Shown: positions 43,537-52,385 of the stretch, one piece after another
How positions within the stretch are numbered: the stretch's first letter is position 1
Layout of the letters: every line of letters starts with the position of its first letter
From: Candidatus Gastranaerophilales bacterium
Lineage (GTDB): Bacteria > Cyanobacteriota > Vampirovibrionia > Gastranaerophilales > Gastranaerophilaceae
DNA: 64,000 nt
Direction of reading: 5' to 3'
Assembly (NCBI GenBank): GCA_944323675.1
Contig: CALUTK010000001.1
Coordinates: forward strand, 12,806 to 76,805
Translations under genes and position numbers: made by a program
Notes under the pieces: model-generated
Seen by the model: the letters and a program-made list of their open reading frames with translations, nothing else
Database searches by the model: none
What the model was told of the DNA's origin: nothing

Positions 43537-45531
43537 TTAAGCGTTTGCTGCAAGTTTTTTTGTTTCCTGCTGAGGCTGCTGTGTCTGAGCAGGTGTTGTT
43601 TGAGCGGGTTTTGGTTCTTCTTTATGGGCAGGTTTTGGGTGACGGTTTTTAATCAGTGTATAAGCTCCGCCGATAACTGCCAGTGCCCCGATTGTATACC
43701 ATAGAGGTTTATATGATCTTGCTGCTTTTGTAGTTTCTTTGGATGCTGTTTTGGCAGCAGTTTCCGCAGCTTCTTCCGCTGTTTCAGCTGCAGCTTTTGA
43801 ATTGCTGGCAGCTTCTCCTGCAGAATTTGCGGCAGGGCTTGCTTCAGGTTTTGCTGCTTCTTCTTTATCCGCAAGAATATTACTAAATTTAACTATTTTA
43901 CCGTACAAATCAGGATTAGATTCATCAAGACCTTTTGCTTTCATTGCTTTTGCAAGTGCATCCATAATATTGAATCCGAACCCTTCTTTCAGGGCTTCAA
44001 AGTAGCCTTTTTTATAATCCGCAGGAACTTTATATCTGAAGCTTGTTGCAGATTTTTCATTATGTTCGTTGAAACGTTCGCTTCTTCCGAAAGCATCCAT
44101 AAAGAAGAAGTGGGTGTTTTTCCCGAGCAATGTTTCTGCCCATTTTGCTTTAGAAAATTCTGCCGCATCATTCAGAGATTCAGCATCAAGTTTAAGAATT
44201 TTGGCAAGCGGGTTGATAGAGGCATTTTTATGTACAGCGTTTCCGTTAACTGTATCCTGTACCCCTTCTGCAATCTGTTTAAGCGGCTGTGTATCCTGAT
44301 TTCCAACCCCTACAGATAACTCATCCGGTGTCCAGCCTTTAGATTGGAATGCTTCGTTTGAGCCCCAGCCGTCATTCATATAGGTTGTCTGATAAATATT
44401 AACCCTGTCTTTTACTCCTGGAATTAATTTACCGTCCCAGAATGCGCTGAATTCATTTAAGCCGGCTTCAAATTCATACATAAGATTTTTCTTAACATCA
44501 AAATCTTGGCCTTTAACTTCTTTTACCCAGTCTTCAATTTGTTTGACCAGAGCTTCCTGTAACGGTTTTCTATTCCCGTCAACAATTTCATTCTGGTCTT
44601 TGTGTGAGATAACAGGTGTCACATAGTTCCATGCTGCATCAAGTCTTAACATATCGCCATGTTTTGCCGCATATTGAATTTTCATTTTCAAAAGTTTGTT
44701 TGCATCACTATTTGCATCAAGAATTGTCTCAAAGTCCAGCGCCGGCATTTTCCAGCCAGGGGCTCCCATATAGTGATCAGCTTTGAACGCTTTTGGAAAT
44801 GCTTTTACTTCATCATCATCAAAGTTCAAAGGTACATCAACGCAGTATTTCAAACCATTTTCATGCAATTTTGCAAGGGCTTTTGAATGATGATCTTCAG
44901 CAAGGAACTGTTTAAACTTGAAGAAATCCGCATCCGGTTCAGATTCGCGTTTGATATTTAGAATTTCGGCATTATCTTCAGTAAATTTATTGTATTTTTT
45001 CTTAAGATCTGAATTTGCATCTAACTCTTTAAAGCGTTCAAAAGCTTTTTTCAGAGCTTTTCCCTGTGCGCTTTCGTTTCCTGAGACATTTTCAAAATTA
45101 GCAAGAGTTTCTTTTGTTTCTTTATTGTTAGCTTTTACAATTTCGTCGAATTCTTCTTTTTTTAGAATTGAGCCGTATTCTTCTGTTGTTAAAAGTTCAG
45201 TGTTAATGTTCTGATCCCCTAAGGATAGAGAAGATGTGTTATAATGGTTATTTTTGAATTGTCCCATCGGAAGATCTTCTACCACATTGTAATCAAGATA
45301 AGTTTTCATTTCGGTTAAGTACTTAATTGATTCAGGTGATACAAGGTTCCCTGCTCCGGTATTTACTGCTGCAGATTGCGGCATGGATGTTGAGGGCATT
45401 ATAAAAACTGAATTTCCTGTTTGTCCGGTTAATTTTTTACCTTCACTTACGGTTTTCTTAAAGTCTTCAATCTCATCATCTCGCAGAGCACGACCAAAGC
45501 TTAAACGCGGGCTAATTCTTGATACTAACAT
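43537..45531 (-). CDS. Divergent GH77 (4-alpha-glucanotransferase)-like protein with N-terminal family motif and C-terminal TM anchor
   Basis: N-terminus MLVSRISPRLSFGRAL. By memory-based alignment to amylomaltase: VFIMPSTSMP~LLHPTSLP, DLPMGQ~VLPLGP, GLKYCVDVPLNF~GIRIIGDMPIFV, MLRLDAAW~LVRIDHFRG, VGNQDTQPL~TGTHDNDT, FMDAFGRSERFN~VQDVLALGSEARMN. Ala/Glu/Lys-rich linker, TM PLWYTIGALAVIGGAYTLI, P/Q-rich tail. Confidence 0.6.
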   Translation of the reverse strand: MLVSRISPRLSFGRALRDDEIEDFKKTVSEGKKLTGQTGNSVFIMPSTSMPQSAAVNTGAGNLVSPESIKYLTEMKTYLDYNVVEDLPMGQFKNNHYNTSSLSLGDQNINTELLTTEEYGSILKKEEFDEIVKANNKETKETLANFENVSGNESAQGKALKKAFERFKELDANSDLKKKYNKFTEDNAEILNIKRESEPDADFFKFKQFLAEDHHSKALAKLHENGLKYCVDVPLNFDDDEVKAFPKAFKADHYMGAPGWKMPALDFETILDANSDANKLLKMKIQYAAKHGDMLRLDAAWNYVTPVISHKDQNEIVDGNRKPLQEALVKQIEDWVKEVKGQDFDVKKNLMYEFEAGLNEFSAFWDGKLIPGVKDRVNIYQTTYMNDGWGSNEAFQSKGWTPDELSVGVGNQDTQPLKQIAEGVQDTVNGNAVHKNASINPLAKILKLDAESLNDAAEFSKAKWAETLLGKNTHFFFMDAFGRSERFNEHNEKSATSFRYKVPADYKKGYFEALKEGFGFNIMDALAKAMKAKGLDESNPDLYGKIVKFSNILADKEEAAKPEASPAANSAGEAASNSKAAAETAEEAAETAAKTASKETTKAARSYKPLWYTIGALAVIGGAYTLIKNRHPKPAHKEEPKPAQTTPAQTQQPQQETKKLAANA

Positions 45532-46010
45532 AATACTTTTTTACTCCTTCATTTTTATAAAATTTATTTGTATGTTACAAAAAACGTCAATAAAAATTTT
45601 TGCTAGTTAAATGTAAAAATATTATACAATTTTACTGTAAAAATCCCCTTTCTAGTGAACAATGAGAAGATACCTCTACTGTGCAGAAAGAATGTCCCAT
45701 GACATTTTTATGCAATGATAATAACATAAAAATTTTAAAATGGCAGATTGTTAATCTAAAATAGCGTTAAGAAATGTAACAATTTATATAAAAGTGTATT
45801 TTTTACGTTTTAAGTAATTTAGAAGTAAAATAAATAGAAAAAATATTAAAATATCATATTTTAAAAAAACAAAAGGTGTAAATTTGTCAAATTTCTATTA
45901 CATTTGTAATAAATTGTGTAATTTGATTAATTTTTCGTGTCAGATTGTGCTATTGACGATTTTTGAAACATAATGTATTGTAAATAAAATGATTTTAGGA
46001 AAGATATCTA

Positions 46011-46118
46011 ATGACAGTATTGAAAAACCTTAAACTTAATGTGAAAAGACTTCCGGTCGCACTGTTTTTATCCATACAGGTGTGCAGTTTTTCAATATTG
46101 CAGAATTGTAGAACATAA
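46011..46118 (+). CDS. Candidate 35-aa ORF (or sRNA) inside the long AT-rich gap
   Basis: MTVLKNLKLNVKRLPVALFLSIQVCSFSILQNCRT. AGGAAAG lies 8 nt upstream. A possible promoter is TTGAAA, 16 nt, TAAAAT (45963..45990). A strong terminator lies 34 nt downstream. Confidence 0.3.
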   Translation: MTVLKNLKLNVKRLPVALFLSIQVCSFSILQNCRT

Positions 46119-46151
46119 ATGATTTACTAAACCTGATAAACATAATACTAC

Positions 46152-46191
46152 AGTCTGCAAATCAAGGGGTAGATTTGCAGACTATTTTTTT
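46152..46191 (+). terminator. Rho-independent terminator with no annotated upstream gene
   Basis: agtctgcaaatc-aaggggta-gatttgcagact forms a perfect 12-bp stem, followed by attttttt. Confidence 0.8.
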
Positions 46192-46367
46192 ATCAGAGAA
46201 ACTTTACTATTACAGAAATAAGCAGCAAGAAGAAGAATTGGAGGCTGAAATATATTAGAAAAATTTTACATTTCTTTAAAATATGCTTTAAAAATACAGA
46301 AGTTATATTTTTATTGTAAAATGTTATTGTGCCCGAGAGGGGTTAATTTTTACGGAAAGAGGTACTA

Positions 46368-46703
46368 ATGAATTCAGCAGTAATCGTTGGAAGAGTAGGC
46401 AGAGATGCCGAAATAAGATATTTTGAATCCGGTAAAGTTAAGGCAAATTTTTCTGTTGCAGTGAACCGCTGGGATGCCAAAACAAAATCCGAAATTGCAG
46501 ATTGGTTTAATATTGATGTATGGGATAAACAGGCCGAATTTGCTGGAGAATACGTAAAAAAGGGGATTCAGGTTGCAATAGACGGAAGAATTGCCCAGAA
46601 TAAATGGACTGATAAAGCAACAGGTAATGAAAGAGAAAGTTTTCTTATTGTTGCGAACAGCATAAGATTATTAGGCTCAAAGAGAGACGCTGAAGTATTA
46701 TGA
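46368..46703 (+). CDS. ssb: Single-stranded DNA-binding protein, short form without acidic C-terminal tail
   Basis: OB-fold blocks VIVGRVGRDAEIRYF, NFSVAVNRW, WFNIDVWDKQAEFAGEYVKKG, VAIDGRI. The protein ends LLGSKRDAEVL. Confidence 0.85.
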   Translation: MNSAVIVGRVGRDAEIRYFESGKVKANFSVAVNRWDAKTKSEIADWFNIDVWDKQAEFAGEYVKKGIQVAIDGRIAQNKWTDKATGNERESFLIVANSIRLLGSKRDAEVL

Positions 46704-48007
46704 TAATTAATTCTAATGTAATCGGAATTGTTGCGGATGATCTGACAGGCGCAAATGATACTGCCCTGCAGTTTCATTTAAAAGGTGCAAATACCCAGAT
46801 TCTTCTGGATGAAGATTCAGCTCCTATAAATTTGAAAACGACACAGACCTGGGCTATTTCAACAGAAACTCGTAATATTGAACCTGATGAGGCCTTTGAA
46901 AAAACAAAATCTGCGGCGAATTTTATAAAAGAGCAAATCAATCCTGATTACTACTATAAAAAAATAGATTCAACGGTAAGAGGTCATATTGCGGTTGAAG
47001 TACTGGCAATGATTGAGACACTCGGATTTGACGCCGCAGTCATTGTGCCTGCTTTTCCTCTGGAAGGAAGGGTTACTGTCGGCGGCTATCACCTTATGAG
47101 AGGAGTGCCGATAGAAAGAACTGAAATGGCGCGTGATCCACATTCACCTATTTTTGAATCCCACTTGCCGACACTTTTGAAATCACAATTAAGCGATGAA
47201 AATAAAGAACTCGTTGCCTCTGTTGAATTAAAAACAGTTATGAAGGGCGCAGGTCCTATTTTAATGCAGCTCAAGGAATTGATTTCTGCGGGTAAAAAAA
47301 TTATTGTAATGGATGCTGTCTCAACAGTTGATATTGAACAGATTGTTCTGGCTGTAGGAAAATCAGAATACAACATTCTGCCTGCAGGCACTGCAGCCAC
47401 AGCTCAAATTTTGAGTGATTTATGGCTTCCGGATTTAAATCCTCAGCATTTTGCAAAAACTTTTCCGGAATTACCAAAACTTGTTATTTCAGGCAGTGCA
47501 ACGCAAATTACCTCTAATCAGATTTCAAGACTGGAAGAATCGGATGATTTTGAAAATGTTCTTGTAATTCATCTGGATATGAAAACCGTTCTTGCAGGAG
47601 TTTCCGAAGAGCTGGTTGAAAGAGTGGTAACTAATCTTGGTTCCAATAATGTAGTTGTAGTGCATACTTCTGATTTAATACGTGATTTTGACGGATTTTC
47701 GGAAGATTCTCTTAATGCGGAACTCACAAAGTCCGGCATGGCAAACAGAGTGACGGATTTTCTGGCGGAACTCACAAAACAGGTTGTTGCAAGAAAAGAT
47801 GTAATTCTTATCACACTCGGAGGCGAAACCTCCTACAAATGCTGCGAGGCTATTGGGGCTAACCAGCTGCAGCTAATTGATGAAGTTGCACCGGCAATCG
47901 CTTTGAGTATGGATCATAATGCACGCTGGATTGTCACAAAATCCGGTAACCTCGGCGGAGTGAATACTCTTGTTGATATTTTAAAATATTTTGAAAACCA
48001 TGAGTAA
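46700..48007 (+). CDS. Four-carbon acid sugar kinase family protein (DUF1537)
   Basis: IGIVADDLTGANDTALQF N-terminus, and C-terminal nucleotide-binding domain LGGETSYKCCEAIG...KSGNLGG. Confidence 0.8.
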   Translation: MIINSNVIGIVADDLTGANDTALQFHLKGANTQILLDEDSAPINLKTTQTWAISTETRNIEPDEAFEKTKSAANFIKEQINPDYYYKKIDSTVRGHIAVEVLAMIETLGFDAAVIVPAFPLEGRVTVGGYHLMRGVPIERTEMARDPHSPIFESHLPTLLKSQLSDENKELVASVELKTVMKGAGPILMQLKELISAGKKIIVMDAVSTVDIEQIVLAVGKSEYNILPAGTAATAQILSDLWLPDLNPQHFAKTFPELPKLVISGSATQITSNQISRLEESDDFENVLVIHLDMKTVLAGVSEELVERVVTNLGSNNVVVVHTSDLIRDFDGFSEDSLNAELTKSGMANRVTDFLAELTKQVVARKDVILITLGGETSYKCCEAIGANQLQLIDEVAPAIALSMDHNARWIVTKSGNLGGVNTLVDILKYFENHE

Positions 48008-48929
48008 TTATAATGATAAAATAGCGATTACAACGGGCGATCCGAACGGTATCGGGGCTGAAATTACAATCAAAGCTTTAAACAGGCTCGGTCTGCCCGA
48101 AGATAAAATAGTTCTTGTTTCAAATAAAAAAATTCTTGACTTCTATGGTGAATTGAAACGGGATTATGAAATAGTTGAGGTTCCGTATGATAGTGAAATT
48201 GAAGCCGGAAAGGTTACAAAGACCGCAGGAGAGTTTTCATACCAATCATTAAAAAAAGTTTGCGAAATGAAACCGAAAGCTATAGTAACAGCACCTGTTG
48301 CAAAAAATGCGCTTCATCTTGCAGGACACATTTTTAACGGGCAGACTGAAATCCTACAGAATTTTCTCTCTCATAACGGACAGCTTGCCGAAATGTTATT
48401 TGTTGCGAAAGATTTCAGGGTGCTTCTGCTTACCAGACACTGCGCATTAAAAGAAATTAATCTCACAAAAGAAATCATTGAAGAAAAAGTTTTGAATTTG
48501 CAAGAATTTTTCCAAAAACATTTCGGAATTAACGCGCCAAAATTTGCATTGTGCGGATTTAATCCGCATTCAGGCGAGGACGGAATTCTGGGCAGAGAAG
48601 AAATTGAAATTTTAAATCCTGCAGTCAAAGAACTTCGCAAAAAAGGTATTAATATAACAGACCCGCTTCCGGCGGATACGCTTTTTGTAAAAGCCGGCAA
48701 GGCGTTTTTTAATGAAGAAAAATGTCCTTATGACTGCTATATCGCGAATTATCATGATCAGGGGCTGATACCGATAAAAACAGTTGCAGGTGATGAAACC
48801 GTTAATATGACAATCGGGCTTGATATAATCAGAACCTCACCGGGTCACGGAACCGCGTTTGATATTGCAGGAAAAAATATTGCCTCAGAAAAGGGAATGA
48901 TATCTGCGATAAAAGCGGTGCTGAAATAA
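48000..48929 (+). CDS. pdxA: PdxA-family 4-hydroxythreonine-4-phosphate / 4-phospho-tetronate dehydrogenase
   Basis: ITTGDPNGIGAEI, GFNPHSGEDG, HDQGLIP, IIRTSPGHGTAFDIAGK. ATG 48000 overlaps the kinase stop by 8 nt. Confidence 0.88.
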   Translation: MSNYNDKIAITTGDPNGIGAEITIKALNRLGLPEDKIVLVSNKKILDFYGELKRDYEIVEVPYDSEIEAGKVTKTAGEFSYQSLKKVCEMKPKAIVTAPVAKNALHLAGHIFNGQTEILQNFLSHNGQLAEMLFVAKDFRVLLLTRHCALKEINLTKEIIEEKVLNLQEFFQKHFGINAPKFALCGFNPHSGEDGILGREEIEILNPAVKELRKKGINITDPLPADTLFVKAGKAFFNEEKCPYDCYIANYHDQGLIPIKTVAGDETVNMTIGLDIIRTSPGHGTAFDIAGKNIASEKGMISAIKAVLK

Positions 48930-48955
48930 AAGATTTTCATCTAAAGAAGGATGTT

Positions 48956-49060
48956 CGTCATTCCGGAAGCGTAGAAAATCTATTTGAGCCGTAAGGCGAA
49001 ATTATGATTTTCAAGCTATGCGGAATCGCATTATCATCGACGGTAACGATTATGCGATCC
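48956..49060 (+). repeat. Dispersed repeat module CGTCATTCCGGAAGCGTAGAAAA..., copy 2
   Basis: Aligns with 24950..25055 at about 80% identity by eye. It is followed by the hairpins tcccggg-tcgtag-cccggga and ccttctccc-ccgggc-gggagaagg. Confidence 0.85.
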
Positions 49061-49153
49061 CGGGTCGTAGCCCGGGATGACGTAATTTTCTACCTTCTCC
49101 CCCGGGCGGGAGAAGGTGGCACGCAGTGCCGGATGAGGGGGATTTAATATTCT

Positions 49154-49189
49154 AAAGGGAACAGCCTAATGCGCAAAAGGCACTAGGCT
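49154..49189 (+). repeat. 36-nt hairpin element, copy 1 (direct repeat of 49942..49977)
   Basis: aaagggaacagcctaatgcgcaaaaggcactaggct is identical to copy 2 at 31 of 36 positions. It forms a 10-bp stem with a gcaaaag loop. Confidence 0.8.
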
Positions 49190-49253
49190 ATTTTATATAT
49201 GGGGCTTGTGCATCCCCTGCACTGACATTCTTTTAGTTTTAATATCTGATACG

Positions 49254-49379
49254 TTCACTTTTTCTTTTTTATTGCGATGAAAAAAACGGATTGCGAGCTG
49301 AGGACGAAACAGCGACGCGAAGGCGGCGGTGTTGCAGTCCGTTAAACGCGAGCAATCAAGCAAGAAAAAGTGAACCGAA
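49254..49379. repeat. Long imperfect hairpin bounded by gttcactttttct / agaaaaagtgaac
   Basis: 13-bp perfect inverted repeat at the ends; inner pairing acggattgc / gcagtccgt. Confidence 0.6.
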
Positions 49380-49833
49380 AAAGAAAAACACTCTATATTA
49401 CAGCGCAGCAAAGCTGCGCGCAACAAAATGGATGTCGTTAAATGCTGACGCATACCTTTGCCCCTCACTATCGCACTACATGCACGTTCGGCGACCTGCC
49501 GTAGGCAGGTCTAAATAAATCCCCTACCCCCTTTTCAAAGGGGGTAAAGTAAAAGCCTCCCTTGTAAAGGGAGGTGGGGCGCTAGCGCCGGAGGGTTTTC
49601 TTTTTTACCCCTCACCCGCCCTTCGGGCACCCTCTCCCTCAAGGGGAGAGGGGATATAATTTACATCCCTTGTAAAGAAATTTGGGGTGTAAACGCCGGA
49701 GGGCTTTCATGCGAGCGTGCGGCGTAGCCGCGATAGCGAGCACTAGAGGTTGAAGGCAAAGCCTTCAACTAATTCCATTTGATTCCGCGGCGCGCAGCGA
49801 CGCTGAAAACGATTGCGGTTTTCTCTTTCTTTG

Positions 49834-49923
49834 GTTCGTTTCTTTCTCTTTTAATACAAGGACTCCGTTTTGAGTTGACTAAATGTCAAGTCAAAATGGA
49901 GGGTAAAAGAGAAAGAAATGAAC
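49834..49923. repeat. Long bipartite hairpin of about 90 nt
   Basis: gttcgtttctttctctttta pairs with taaaagagaaagaaatgaac (19 of 20), and ctccgttttgagttgac pairs with gtcaagtcaaaatggag (15 of 17). Apical loop is taaat. Confidence 0.75.
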
Positions 49924-49941
49924 ATATAAAATAAAATTTAT

Positions 49942-49977
49942 AAAGGGAATAGACTAGTGCGCAAAAGGCGCTAGTCT
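49942..49977 (+). repeat. 36-nt hairpin element, copy 2
   Basis: aaagggaatagactagtgcgcaaaaggcgctagtct. Stem pair C12:G34 of copy 1 is replaced by A12:T34 here. Confidence 0.8.
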
Positions 49978-50012
49978 GTTCCATTAAAATTTTTAACCTA
50001 TATATTTCCCGC

Positions 50013-50046
50013 AAAAAAGCGACCTCTATTAAAGAGGCCGCTTTTT
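50013..50046 (-). terminator. Intrinsic terminator after secF
   Basis: The minus strand reads gcggcctct-ttaat-agaggtcgc followed by ttttttgc. Confidence 0.75.
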
Positions 50047-50058
50047 ATTTTACATTTA

Positions 50059-51045
50059 TTATGCAGCAGTTGCTGCAGCTTTTTTGTTGTTTTTGTGGTC
50101 TTCCCAGATATCTACGAGTACCGAGCAGAAGAAGATACTTGAATATGTTCCGATTGCAATACCAATTAACATCGCAAGTACAAAGTCTTTTGTCGTTACC
50201 CCGCCGAAGAAATACAATGCTGCAAGTGTGATTATTGTTGTCAGCGATGTATTGATACTTCTTGCTAATGTCTGGTTAACTGACGCATTGACAATTTCTC
50301 CGAAAGACATTTTCTTTGAGTAATAACGCAGGTTTTCTCGAATTCTGTCGAATACAACGATTGTATCGTGGACGGAGAAGCCGACAACCGTTAAGATTGC
50401 AGTGATAAATAACCCGTCGATTTGAACATTGTATAAAAGTCCGAGAAGAGAAAATATACCCACTACAAAAAGTACATCGTGTGCAATACCGAGAATCGCG
50501 GCAAGCGCATAATCAAATTTAAATCTGAAAGAAAGATATGCAATAATCCCTAAAAATGCAAGACTTAACGCAAGGAGCGAATTTTTAAACAATTCTCTTC
50601 CTAAAGTCGGCCCCACAGAACTTACTGAAATCAAGTCAGGGTTTGTGTAATCTTTTGATAAAGTTTCAGTGATTTTGTTCACGGTATCTTTATCTTCTCC
50701 GATAAATTTAGTTTTTATTGAAATAATACTTTTCAAATCAGAATTTTTTGAAGATTCTGCATTTGCGTGGAGAATTTGTATTGACGGATTTTCAATCCCG
50801 ATATTCTGCAAATCCGTACGGGTTTTGCTCATATCTGCGTTTGTGACATTTTTGTTAACCCCGTACTGGAGAATCGTACCGCCGGTATAGTCAATGCCGA
50901 CTTTGAGCGGAATATGGTTTTCGTTATGGATAGTTGAATAAACTAACGCAATAACGCCCGGCAATAACAGTATTGCTGATATACAGAGCCACACTATTCT
51001 GTATTTAACTATATCTATTAAGTGTCTTGATGTTATCTCATTCAT
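50059..51045 (-). CDS. secF: Protein translocase subunit SecF
   Basis: Family-typical blocks GIDYTGG, and the SecD/SecF 6-TM C-domain (HDVLFVVGIFSL, VHDTIVVFDRIREN). Confidence 0.9.
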   Translation of the reverse strand: MNEITSRHLIDIVKYRIVWLCISAILLLPGVIALVYSTIHNENHIPLKVGIDYTGGTILQYGVNKNVTNADMSKTRTDLQNIGIENPSIQILHANAESSKNSDLKSIISIKTKFIGEDKDTVNKITETLSKDYTNPDLISVSSVGPTLGRELFKNSLLALSLAFLGIIAYLSFRFKFDYALAAILGIAHDVLFVVGIFSLLGLLYNVQIDGLFITAILTVVGFSVHDTIVVFDRIRENLRYYSKKMSFGEIVNASVNQTLARSINTSLTTIITLAALYFFGGVTTKDFVLAMLIGIAIGTYSSIFFCSVLVDIWEDHKNNKKAAATAA

Positions 51046-51077
51046 TTTTTGTTTACCTCTTTTAATTAAATTAGTGC

Positions 51078-52385
51078 CTAATCCAAAATACCGAAACGTG
51101 CATTTTCGCGTTTAGTTTCGGTCGCTTCAAAGCCTTTTCCTATTTCGTCTTTACGCAGACCGAAGAGTGCAGGGTATTTGAGTTCCCCTGTACCGAAGAT
51201 TAAATGCATGAAGTTTTTCGTGATTGTGATTGCACTGAACATGGAAACAATTACACCTAAAGCAAGAGTGAGCGCAAATCCTTTAACAATACTTGTACCG
51301 AGCATATAAAGGATTACACAGGTGATAATCGTTGTCATATTTGAATCGAAAATACTAGTGAAGGCTCTGTCGAAGCCTGAATTTATGGCAGTGAATAAAT
51401 TTCTTCCTGCTCTTAATTCTTCTTTTGTTCTTTCAAAGATAAGAATGTTAGCATCAACCGCCATACCGATACTCAGTATAAAACCTGCGATACCGGCAAG
51501 AGTCAATGTAACCGGAATTGCTTTAAATAAAGCAAAGAGCATTAAACTATAGATTATTAAAGCAACGTCAGCGATTAAGCCCGGGAGTCTATAATATGCA
51601 ATCATAAAGAGCATTACTAAGCCTAAGCCGATAATCCCTGCAACTTTTGATTTTGCAATACTATCTGCACCGAGTGTAGGCCCTACAGTATTTTCTTCAA
51701 CAATTTTGGCAGGAACAGGGAGTGCGCCTGCATTCAGAAGGTTAACCATTCTTTCCGCTTCTTCATAAGCAAAGCCGCTGTCACCGCCTGAAATCTGCGC
51801 TTTACCGCCGTAGATTGGCTCATTTACATTAGGAGCAGAAACTAAATCTCCGTTAAAGAAAATTGCCATTGGTTTATTTACTAATTCTTTTGTGAGTTCT
51901 GCGAATTTTTTAGAACCTTCAGATTTAAATTCAAGGGAAACAACCCAGTGTCCGGCAGCGTCAGTTGTAAGGGTAGATTTAGCTAAATCCTGACCGGTTA
52001 AGCCTGTTTCAACCCAGGTTTGAATTCCGTCAGGGCCGATTGCTTCTTTTTTGAATTCCAATTGAGCGGTTTCGCCTAAGAAAGCTTTTGCTTCTTTCAA
52101 ATCTGTAACATTCGGGATTTCAACAAGTAATCTTTTTTCTCCTGTCTGTTGTACTACAGTTTCTGCAACCCCGAGTTTATTTACACGGTTTTCGATTGCA
52201 AATTGTAATCTGTCCATAACTTCCTGCGTAATTACAGGAACACTTTTTGTTGTTTCGGCTTCAAGAACAAGGCGGGAGCCCCCGACAAGGTCAAGTCCGA
52301 GCTTGGTTGGTTTTACGAAAATTGTAACTATTGAAGCTATTACAATAAGTACAATTGCCCAAAACATGATAATTTTGTTTTTCAC
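51078..52385 (-). CDS. secD: Protein translocase subunit SecD
   Basis: LGLDLVGG, periplasmic P1 domain, C-terminal TM bundle (GIAGFILSIGMAVDANILIFER). Confidence 0.9.
   Translation of the reverse strand: MKNKIIMFWAIVLIVIASIVTIFVKPTKLGLDLVGGSRLVLEAETTKSVPVITQEVMDRLQFAIENRVNKLGVAETVVQQTGEKRLLVEIPNVTDLKEAKAFLGETAQLEFKKEAIGPDGIQTWVETGLTGQDLAKSTLTTDAAGHWVVSLEFKSEGSKKFAELTKELVNKPMAIFFNGDLVSAPNVNEPIYGGKAQISGGDSGFAYEEAERMVNLLNAGALPVPAKIVEENTVGPTLGADSIAKSKVAGIIGLGLVMLFMIAYYRLPGLIADVALIIYSLMLFALFKAIPVTLTLAGIAGFILSIGMAVDANILIFERTKEELRAGRNLFTAINSGFDRAFTSIFDSNMTTIITCVILYMLGTSIVKGFALTLALGVIVSMFSAITITKNFMHLIFGTGELKYPALFGLRKDEIGKGFEATETKRENARFGILD

Noticed and set aside
49298-49310. CTGAGGACGAAAC, which resembles hammerhead ribozyme core elements (CUGAnGA ... 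GAAA)
   Set aside because: The two core boxes are directly adjacent with no room for stem II, and no flanking stems I or III with a cleavage-site triplet could be drawn.
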